The notes beneath the pieces are model-generated. The model made no database searches and was not told where the DNA came from. It saw only the letters and a program-made list of their open reading frames with translations. Both the position numbers and the translations under genes were made by a program. A stretch of DNA of 64,000 nt from Tubiluchus corallicola (lineage: Eukaryota > Animalia > Priapulida), in contig JAQGDQ010000011.1 of NCBI GenBank assembly GCA_030141605.1, forward strand, positions 368,066-432,065. Reading direction: 5' to 3'. This document shows positions 52,177 through 64,000 of this stretch, piece by piece. The stretch's first letter is position 1. Each line of letters opens with the position of its first letter.

Positions 52177-53797
52177 TTTGTAAATAGAAAGTGTTGTTAA
52201 TTTAGTGGGTGTAAATATTTTTAGAATATGAGCTTTAAAGCCAATTTGATGTATCTCCTCAGTGTAACATTATCAGACAAGAATTTTTGCAAGAAGTCAA
52301 CCAGGATAATTTCTTTCATTTTTTGTTGTACAGCATGTGATCCTAGGTTTGGTTAGTTTTTAACTTTAAGTCTGACATTGTAATGGTTTCAATCAATTTT
52401 GATGTTCATACAATTATCGGAGCATAGGATAATTTGAGGCTTCACACCATAGAAAAAAAGAGACAGTATGATAATCAATAATTATACGATAATTTAGTAA
52501 TAAGATACAAAAAACAAAAGTGTGAAAGACTGTGCGCTAAAAACATTTGAAACCTTTGGGAAATAAATAAATTTTTATCTCGTTGTAGTCCAAAGTGTGT
52601 TGGTCACAGTAGTGGTTGCAGTTCCCTAAAAAAAGCAACAATTTTGAAAAAGGATGCTCAGAATGAAGACGATTCTGAGCATCCAATACGATAATCAGCA
52701 TCGGCAACCGTGGTCTCAATATTCTTTTAATTTGTAAATTGACTAAATAGTGAGGAAGATAATGAATTTTATTAAAAACTTATTTAACATTATGTTCAAT
52801 CAGTTGTGCTGACATTAAAAGTCATTAATGAATGATGAACATGCAACATGAATGATGTCATTGTTTGTATTGTAATGAATTCAGCATTTTATTTGGAGAA
52901 TTAGTACAGCTGTTAACACAGCACATGGATAATAAAATATGCGGTGTTGTTAACATACAAATTTTTAGCAAATCTGTTTGTTTGAATGCTTTCTTGGCCT
53001 TTAATGTTTTCATTTTTGTATCAATAGATGGCGCTACATACTATGTAGTATTTACCACACCAAATGTGTACAATCTACTATGCGTTAATTTGTGCAACAT
53101 ACAACATATAAAAGTAGAATGTAAAACTAGACTACACAAAATGTAATTTGGAAGAACATAGAATAATTATTTTTAAATACTTGACTGAAGTAGAAAAAGT
53201 ATACCTAAACCTGAGTTTGAACCAAGCACCAATCAATCAAAATACTTTTTGTACAGTATAACAGTAGGTAATAGTGTATGTAGTGACTGGATTGTTATTG
53301 AAAATCATTAAGTTTTAGCTAGGTGAAGCTATTTAGGGCATGAGTAGGCTTTTGTGGTATGGAAAGAAAATGTCTTGGGAGAGAATTGAACTTGGGAATT
53401 TATTCAATAATTGAATTTGATTAAATAGTAGATTTAGCTCGATTACAGATCTGATTTCTGACTATTTCTTCTTTCCATGTTGCAATTTTAAAGGCATAAT
53501 TGGTATGTGGTCACGTTGTGTGCTTTGTTACTAAGTAGAGCAACATTGAGTCTGGATCATTGATTTGCTGATCAGTGACCATTTCTCTCACTGAAGAGGG
53601 ATGCATGTGCACACTTAAGCATGGCTAAGAATTCTCTGCCAATAGATGACCCATCTTAGAGGCTTGTCCATTATATAATCTTAGGATTAATTGTAAAAAT
53701 TTTCCTTATTTATATTTAGGTTTCGTTCATGTCATATTACTTAGTAATATGCCCTATTATTGAATGCTAAATTGTGGATCGGCGAGCTACATAAAAA

Positions 53798-55106
<1,309 letters not shown>

Positions 55107-57144
55107 ACCACACCCGCCACCCCCGAAGTTGCTCGAGTTAATTAAATAATTCCACGAGTAAGTAACTTCGCCCATTAATTCCCAACCAAATATGATTATT
55201 ATGGTTAACAATTGTTGCTTGATCTATGAGACAGATGTGGATATAATACTCGTTAATATGCAAGGTCAGTTTCAATAGCTGGCTGACCACGTCACGAATT
55301 TTCAAACATTCATACGCCCTGAATTCAGAAAATCGGTGATTTAAAATAAATCTTATATAAACTTATAAAATGTTGCTTTTTGTTAAAAATTATTTATTTT
55401 TGTCTTGTGGTGATGGCGTAGGGTTCATATTGTAATTTCTAATTTAATTACGTTTTTCTGGATACGCCCGCTAATTACAGTAGGTGCTACGTTGTCATGT
55501 CTACCTAAGAACCTCGTGACGAATGAGACTTGAGTTGTCACTGAACTTAAACTCGACAGTTTCGAGTTTTGAAAGTTTTGTGTTGAGTCTACGTCTCGCG
55601 TTTATTATATCGAAAATCTGCATAAAACTTCCAAGAAAATTTCCATTTTTTCCACTCAAATACTAGTACAAAAACACTATAATATTAAGCTTTTAAAGCC
55701 TAATAAACAAGGCGTATGAACGTACACACGTATAAATATAGAGGTCTAGGTTAATTTTAATTTTAATAGCTTTTTATTATTGTTATTGTAATTGTGCAGG
55801 TGTTCAAGATCTTTTATGCTGCGAGTTTTTTCTCACGGAAAAAAAAAACAAACTTTCTAGATTATTAAATCCTGTTGATTTGATTTTACGCTAGGATGCA
55901 AGCGGTGTAATTCTGACGATGTAGACCAGGACGCTGCACGATTATATGAAGAGTTTTTGCACAAATTCTTGGCTCGTATCCAGTTAAAAATCTTTGAAAG
56001 TACGAGCGCATATATATAATTTGTCTGCTACAAAGAAGTCTTAGTGATAACAAAATGCAACTGCTTTAAGAAATATTTTTAATCTATAGACCTTTAGACT
56101 AATAACCACATTAGCATAGTAGCAGCTTCTTTATTCCTTTCTTTCAGTTCCTGTAGCAAGTTTTTAGCAATTTTGTTGACTAATGTTTTTTTTGACATCA
56201 TGAAAAGAAAAATTTGTGCACATTTTGTTTTGTTTTTGGTGATTATATTGTATTGTATAACAAAATTTCAATTACTAGGTTTTTGGACGTTACTTGTCAG
56301 AAAAACATGATTTTCTTTTCGTCATTATAACTTGCCTAATTCACTTCGTATAACTGTAACATACAGTCATTGTGTGTTTTAATAAAACTATCAGTAGTTT
56401 AATCAGTACAATAACGTATTATAATATGAACTAAGAATTGAAGTAGTAGCTGTTATTATCTATTAGGTTATGTTTTGGTAGTTGTGTTTTCCTCGTTTTT
56501 TTGTACGTTTTCGATGTCTGTCTACTGAAACTTGTATTTTACAGGTTCAAATGCATCAACATGATACTTTTACAGAATTATTACATACCATAATTATTTA
56601 ATCAGACAACAAAAATCAATTAAACACGTACACATTTGTGGAATTTCCGCTTTTGAGAAACCCTTCGCGATAGATGTTTTCGGGAACGTTTAGGCAATCA
56701 GATAGAGGGCGTAGGTAAAATGAAGTTCTGAAAAGGTTTTTATCGAAACCCTAAAGATCTTCAATTCAGTTCATTTCAAAGTATTATTTGCAAAACTATG
56801 CTTGTATACGTAAAATTTGTAAATATGAAAACTTGGCACCTCAAAAAGTTTAACTACATTTAGTCGTACTACAAATTCTGTACAAATCCAAATAAACCAA
56901 CAGATAAACACATGCACGCAGTCACGTAGTCACGCACAATAAATAGAATTAAACGCTCGTCAAGATTCAAAATGAACAGCAGTAGATACAAAAATGTCGG
57001 AGATTTTATTGTGATGTTGATTTTTGAACTTTGACAGTACAATATTCAGTGCTATGTCCTACTGTTATCCAGGTATTCAGGGATTATTAATTTTGTCTAT
57101 TGATTGATTAAAGAGATTGGTTAAATAGTACCACAACCATTTAA

Positions 57145-57218
<74 letters not shown>

Positions 57219-57229
57219 TATTATTATTA
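57145..57229. repeat. (ATT)n microsatellite
   Basis: Directly visible. Confidence 0.98.
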
Positions 57230-58619
57230 GTATCGTCACTATATTTCGTTTTGTTCTTTTACACTGATATACTGTCTAGTATTTACTAACTGGTTACTAG
57301 AGTCCTCAGCTACTAAAATTATCATTACAATCATTTTTGTTATCAGTTCTCACACTTCTTTTATCTAGTTTTCTCTACGATTAGTTAAAGAAACAAGTGA
57401 GGAAAATTGTAATGAAATAATCTGATTATATAAGGAATATTATTTACTTATTGAAAACTTATGTTGTATAAAAATTATAGGTACTTATTAGTAATAAATT
57501 AAAATTGTATGCATTTTACATTGTATTAAAGTACTAAATGTCACCTACATATATTATTTCATCTAATTTATAAAACTTCCAGGTAACTAAACTAATCTAA
57601 AGTCAAAGTTTACTTTATATAACTGATTAGCGTCGCTTAACTCTACTTTATATATTTTTTCTATTTTTTATAAGAATAACTTTGTGAGGAGATGACCACT
57701 TGGTCGGCTAGCTATCCTATCTCCGGTTTTTAACATTATTAACTATTGTAGCTAGTACTTTTAATGCAATTGCATTTATTTATGGTTATTCTACATTTAA
57801 TTTATTGAAAGATAAATAAATTTTAAATCAAAATCACTGTTCAAGGGCTTAATTTGATTCAAGTAATAATTTTGTAAGCGTTTAAGTTTTGATCATCTTT
57901 TATTCAAGTAAATATTGGGATTCTTGTCATAGCCCCTGAGGGGCGGAAAAGTTAAACTGATATTTTGGAAAAATGCGTAAAACATGTTCGCGTTCTCAGT
58001 CCTGAAAAACATAAAAATAAAAATAATTATTTGTACAATAATATAAACATATCTGTATTTTCACGGAATCATAAAATATAGATAAACGTGCAAAACGTGG
58101 CATCGTCGTATTTCTGAACAATTTTTACCGATATAAATTTTATGACGCCATTAAATTTCACTGTGTAACGTCATCCCTTTCTGACGAGCGAACATAAAAT
58201 GTTGCCATAATTTATAAGTACAATTGTGTGGTACGTAAACAACACTTTCACATACTTATAAAAGAAACACAACATTAATTGTATATATGTATTAGCTATC
58301 ATTCGGTGAGCAATAGTCTTGTGGTCGTTTCTATTAAGTTGGTGCTGTTTGGCCCTCGCTTGTTGAAAAGTAAAGAAATGTATCTCCTCTTACAGTTTAC
58401 CTGCGTGCAGCTGCGTCTTATGTATTGTTAATTGGTACAAAAGTTCATTCAGCTCTCTACATCACACCTGTGATAAGAGCAACCTTACCTGAGTAGAGTG
58501 TAATAACGTTTACATTTCAACTCAACTTGTGCGTTGATTGTTTTGTAAAGTGTTGTATTGGTTGGCAGTTAGGGGAGTTGGAGAAGAGTTCAGCTCATCA
58601 TCTTTTTGGTACATTGTCG

Positions 58620-58698
58620 ATGTCATCGTCATCATCGTTATCATCATGATCGTCGTCATCATCATTATCGTCGTCATTATCATCATCATCATCATCGT
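58620..58698. repeat. Imperfect (CAT/CGT)n microsatellite
   Basis: Directly visible. Confidence 0.9.
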
Positions 58699-58949
58699 CT
58701 TTTCTCTTGTTTTCTTTCTTGCAATATAATTGATAGTCCACAATAAACCACAGTGAATAAAAGTTCTAGACTCCATAAGTTAAGTAAATGAAAATTACTG
58801 AACAAACTGAGACGAAAGGAGATGGAAATTTGCCTAACTGAGGTACCAAGACACGTTTTAGCTACATAAAACGCAATGAGTTTGTTAATTAATAAATTAC
58901 AGACAAATAAGCATTGCTAAAAAATAAGCTGTTTTTGGTAGGTTTTGTA

Positions 58950-59460
58950 TGTGCGTTTTTATTTCATTTTGTCTAATTTTATTTCTCTCATTTTTGACAG
59001 AAGTTCTGTAAAAATAACGGCATTTTTTACTTTACTGTGTGTGAGTGTCTGATGCATTTTCAATTTTTTATAAAACAAAATTATTCCACTGTCTTTTAAC
59101 TTTTCTTGACGAACTGTTGTAAAATGCTCTGCACAGTATGCTATGTTCTGTTACTGTGTTTTTGTATTTTGATAAAGACAAAATTTTTTAACAAGTCTTG
59201 CAAATGCGTTTTTATTTCAATTTGTCTAATTTCATTTCCCTCTTTCTCGTCAGCGATTTTGTAAAAACTGGATTTCACTTTGCTCTACAAGTATGTAAGT
59301 TTCTGGCATATTTTTGCTTCATAATAAAAACAAATAGCACTGCTTTTAACTAGTTTTCAACACATGTTTTTATTTCGTTTTACTTATTTTTATTTCTTCC
59401 ACTTCTTCAGACTTTTTTGTATGACTGTACACGGCTCTGTCCTACAGTATGCGAGTTTTT
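58950..59460. repeat. Degenerate tandem duplication upstream of ADMP
   Basis: TGCGTTTTTATTTCA(T/A)TTTGTCTAATTT recurs near 58952 and 59205, with a more decayed copy near 59365. Confidence 0.6.
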
Positions 59461-60123
59461 AGCGTGTTACTGAGCACATCATTGTCATCAGCATTTGTTA
59501 ATTGATGCTCACTGCCCCATTGTTACCTGTAAATTAACGTGTGAAGATCATACACACCATAACAATTGACTACAAACTGATTTCTCTCCTTGACAAGATT
59601 GGACTGCAGAACTTTGTCAGGGGGTGGATAGTACATTTCTTTGCAACCACATTTTTGCGCTACTTCGAATAATATAAAATTTGCTCCTAATGCAAAATTT
59701 AATGCTAAGAAGACAAATTAGCATATTCCCAACCACATGGCTACAGTTTTCTGAAAATTGCAAACGCAAATGCAATTTAGAATAGGCAAAAAGAGTAATC
59801 CTCTCCCCCAGGTCAGACCACATCATCTTCTTAGCTGGCTCTAATTGCCCGATTCTGTAGCAACTTAAGACCCGACTACCATAATACCGTGACAAGTTTC
59901 TGATGTATTTCATGGTGCAAACGAGGGATTTTACTGGAAACAATGTGTGCGGATTTCGCTGAAGGAGGACCCGGGGTTTGCTCTCTCCCTACCTGGTGGG
60001 CGGGATTACGCTGGGCCTCACTGAACAGCGCGCATTTACGAAAACTTCTGCTCAGTTTGTGAATTCAGTTTAAGTAGTTCACTACGCATTAAAAGCTCAA
60101 TATTGTTGGTGATTAGCACTGAT

Positions 60124-63100
60124 ATGGAGACTCACTTACTGCCCGTGTTTTTGCTGCTTTTGTCGCACGCGAAAAACTCGTTGCCGCGTCCCGTCGACAA
60201 CGAGTCGTTCATCAAGGAGGAAGCGATGTTGACTTTGCTAAAAATTTTCGGAGTGGACAGTAAAACAAAACCGAATTTTGCGCCATACAGAGTGAGAAAC
60301 CGACCACCTCAGTACATGTTGGATTTATATAATTCTGTTGCTGATGATTCTGGATTTGTGCATACGTCAAAACCTTACGATGCAAAGGTGGTTAGAAGCT
60401 ATCCCTCAAAAGGTACAAAAATTTTACCTGTATTTATTCAATTATCCCAATAATACGAACTGACGGTGAGGATAGGGCTGATTGTTGCATAACATTACGT
60501 TAGTTCTGAGTCTGAGCTCTTCTATAAGTTACTCACTGAATTACTCCTAGTTCAATATAATTTGTGTGCGAACAAAACGTACTGTCCAAAGACCTAGGTG
60601 TTTTTCACGCCTACAAACTGTTATCTCTCACAAATTTACAATATTTTTGCGTAGGAATTTATGCTCAATTTAATGTTAAAATTGACAAAAGGTTTCTTCA
60701 ATAGATGTCGCTGCGTTATATACAAAACACAATAAAACTAAATCGTTCTCAGCACAAGTGTCGTCAGCTACTAAAATTCTTAATGAACTAACAAAGGTAT
60801 AACACCTTAGATATCTTTTAGATGAAAAGGCATAGTTAAGCCTACTAGAAAGGCATACTTATTTCGTCTTTGCGAATGTCTTTCAATGCAACGCATTTCG
60901 TATTTGTAAAAATTAGTCATTTATTTTTATTTTATATCTTAAATTAATAAGAATTTCTCAGTTTTTCCGCATATCACAAAATATCATTGCTTTACTTTCT
61001 GTTCCTCCAAATGTTTATTTTTAAGCTATTCCATTGTTTCAGCTTACGGTTTTCCTCATTTTGCAATTGCAACTATCTTGCACTTTACACAAATGATCTA
61101 GAAGTAACTAGACTGTATTGTACATTTACCTAGATATGTAGTAAGTTACCTTTGTTGTGGTCAACTAGTGGCGCTTTCATCAAAATAAGCTAGGGAACTT
61201 AACGAGTTGATAGTTGCCAACAGTTTTCGAATTATATGCAATGGTGGTGGTCTGGAGTTGCTAATTTAATACGAAAAGCTCTATGGTTTTATTATTCATT
61301 ACTCTGAAATAAAGTTGCTCTGAAAAAACTTGAACAAAAGCTTGCTCTGAATACTTGTTCTGTTGCGGCTGCCTTTCTGGCACTCCTAAATGCAGAACTG
61401 CTGGTTATAAATCCCTTCAACCTCTTATCCGCGAAATTCTTCACCAAAAATAGTTATAATAATAGTAATATAGATTTAAAAAACGACCAGTATAGCTTCA
61501 ACGACATCAAGGCACTAGGTGATGTGTTGAAAAACCATCACAGCCTGAAAACATACCGCAAATCAGATGTCCTTTGCCATCTGCGCAAGTCTAAACAATA
61601 GTGGGTAAAGGGTAGTACCCTGGGAGGTTGAGAACAGTTGCTTGTTATGCCTGAACCTAATTGGTAAAGTGACACGGAACACGTTTGTTAAGCAATCCTG
61701 AGTCTTATGTAAATAGCACGTGTTCTAGAGTGGTCATAGGTGTTTGAGGAGCAGTGGAAAAGGTGTCATACGTTACACCCGCTGATAGGAGAAAACTAAA
61801 CATCGGGTGTCGCAATTCTCAGGTACTCTATACGGCACTTGAATCTCGCTTACTCTAAAAAAGGAAATCGTTCCTAGGAAGGGGAGAAAAAGTTGCAGAA
61901 TAGAGGCCATAGATTACAAAGTTGTGACTTATTGGTGTTAGCAAGTTTACCTCAGGTTGCCCAACAATTCCAACTTCAATGTTGGTGCAGTAACATTTAA
62001 TTTCAAGCAAAAGAGGCCACCGATGGTTTGGCCAATTTCTTCTGAAAACGAAAATGACATTAATTATAATTGCAACTGTTTTTTGTGAAGTACTGGATGC
62101 ATAGATGGTAACACGTAATGTATCACATTTGCGCTGTGGAGTTTGCAAACAGTTCAACATGGCTTACAAATTTCTTATAGAACCTACGTATCGAAGTCTA
62201 ATAATAAATTTACAAAATGAATATGACGCAAGGTAAGCGATATTAAACGCAGGCAAAACATGACTGTTATAGATGCGAAGAAAATGATGTAGTAAGTGCG
62301 TAAGCAAAAAGCACCGCTGAACCGGTACAAAAAACAAAGCAAAGAATTGTTGATCATTTTGACATAACAAGGTAAAAAGGTGTTATACGTGTATTACATG
62401 AAGTCCTGGGTTCACATCCTGAATGAGGACGATTTTTCATCGTTTTATTTCTACTTCACCGTAGCAGTTTTCACTTTTTCCTAAGTGAAAGAACATTTTA
62501 TTTAACGTACACATTTTAAAGAATTTCAGTTTCAGTAACAGTGATGGACCTTTTTGTTTCGTTAAAGATAGGGTCTTATTGATTTTTATTTGTTATTTCT
62601 TTCAGCCACAGAAGATAACATGCGGTTCGTCTTTGACACGTCAACGATTGGAGGCACCGAGGAGATCATTCAAGCAGAATTTCACATATTCAAAATAAAA
62701 CCGCGGCGCCACCACCGGCCCTTGTCGTCCTCCCACTCAGACCACATCGTTGAAATTCGAGTTTACCAAACGCTACCGTTTGACAAGCACAATCCGGTCG
62801 ACCGGAATTTGTTGGAAGTTCGCAGGATCAGCTTATACTCCGTCGGCTGGGAAGTGTTCCGTGTGGGACAGGCGGTCCAGGAATGGGTTCGAAACCCGGA
62901 GCTGAATCTGGGTCTAGAGGTAGAGATGATGTCATTGAATGGCAAGCGCTTGGCACCTGGAATGGGACGCATGGCGAAGAGGAGGGAGCACAGCACGGAG
63001 AAACAACCCTTGCTGGTGGTGTTCACAGATGATGGAAGGACAAAATCCAGAAAGAAAGAAGGCAGAACGGGTAACTGAAAAATTTGTTCAAATTATTGTT

Positions 63101-63976
63101 TAAATTATTCACAAGTTTAACAAATCGTCTATGCCTCTAGTAGTAAACTTTTTCTGCAAATCAAGTAAATGTTTTTTATATTTGATGTTAAAAGTTCGTG
63201 TATCGATATGTAGAAGTCAGAGTTGTATGTTTTAACCTACCAGCCTATAAGTTTCCACAACTGGCTGAATCAAGAAAGCTCTGTCAGACGAACAATCTCA
63301 CAGTCGCTTATTGAAATGCACCAGTTCTATTATATATTACTTCATTTTGCAAATACGTAGAATAGAACTCTTGCTGTGAACAATACTAGGCCTCTAAATG
63401 TTCGAGGAAGATTTTGGATTTTGGAAAAAGCTGTGCTTTGTACTTTTCGTATTCATGCATGCAGTGGGAAATTTGTTGCCATATAAGTACAGTTTTGTCC
63501 TATTTTTTCTAGGAAATGCTACGGAAACCAACATGATCTTCCAGAACACGAATGCAGCCAGAGCTAGAGTGAAAAGAGAAACCGAAAGTGCATCGGACGT
63601 TTCCGCTCACTTGCCGACGTCTTCTGGAATGAAAACGATAGGTAAAGCTAAAGAAAACGGACTGTGCATCAGGGAGGAACTTTATGTGGATTTCGAGTCC
63701 ATCGGTTGGTCAGACTGGATAATATTTCCTAAAGGTTATCAAGCATACCACTGTAAGGGTAGTTGTCCATTTCCTCTAGAGGAAGAACACAAACCTACGA
63801 ATCACGCCACAGTGCAGAGTATAGTAAACGCATTGCAATTAACTGAACAGGTCACAGAGCCTTGTTGTGTGCCGGAAAAGCTCTTGCCAATAAGTTTGTT
63901 ATATTTCGACGAACACGAAAATGTGGTGTTAAAGCAATACGAAGACATGGTGGTGGCCAGTTGTGGCTGTCACTGA
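60124..63976 (+). CDS. ADMP: Anti-dorsalizing morphogenetic protein (ADMP-type BMP/TGF-beta ligand)
   Basis: Exons 60124-60412, 62606-63070 and 63513-63976, in phase. Signal peptide, prodomain PPQYMLDLYN and GWEVF, furin site RVKR, and a 7-Cys mature domain with ADMP-like IGWS.WII.PKGY.AYHCKG.CPFPL, PTNHATVQSIVNAL and LLYFD..ENVVLKQYEDMV..SCGCH. Confidence 0.85.
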
Positions 63977-64000
63977 AGCAGGTTATGGTTACATAATTAT

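Noticed and set aside
58522-58776. Met/Ile-rich ORFs
   Set aside because: Derived from the (CAT)n microsatellite.

Overview
AT-rich, intron-containing nuclear DNA from an invertebrate bilaterian (not prokaryotic; the repeat content hints at a lophotrochozoan, but the taxon cannot be fixed). Six spliced genes were reconstructed by hand with phase-consistent GT-AG junctions: the 5' part of PKNOX/Prep (minus), a 17-coding-exon KAT7/HBO1-type MYST acetyltransferase that also carries a KAT6-like double PHD finger (plus), CHCHD1/mS37 (minus), a full-length PRPF8 with one coding-region intron (plus), METTL14 (plus) and an ADMP-type BMP ligand (plus). Repeats include a truncated LINE, a hAT-Blackjack-like deletion derivative with an 8-bp TSD, two hAT-type MITEs, tRNA-derived heads, degenerate hammerhead motifs and microsatellites. 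The most unusual region is the single PRPF8 coding intron. It contains a ~670-nt nested fold-back whose mismatches mostly give G-U pairs on the sense strand, a hairpin-masked AA|GTAAGT donor, a segment with two alternative pairing partners, and a 154-bp copy of PRPF8's own 3' coding end. This is a candidate splicing-autoregulatory RNA element. A possible 96-aa orphan spliced ORF lies upstream of ADMP. All alignments and counts are manual.
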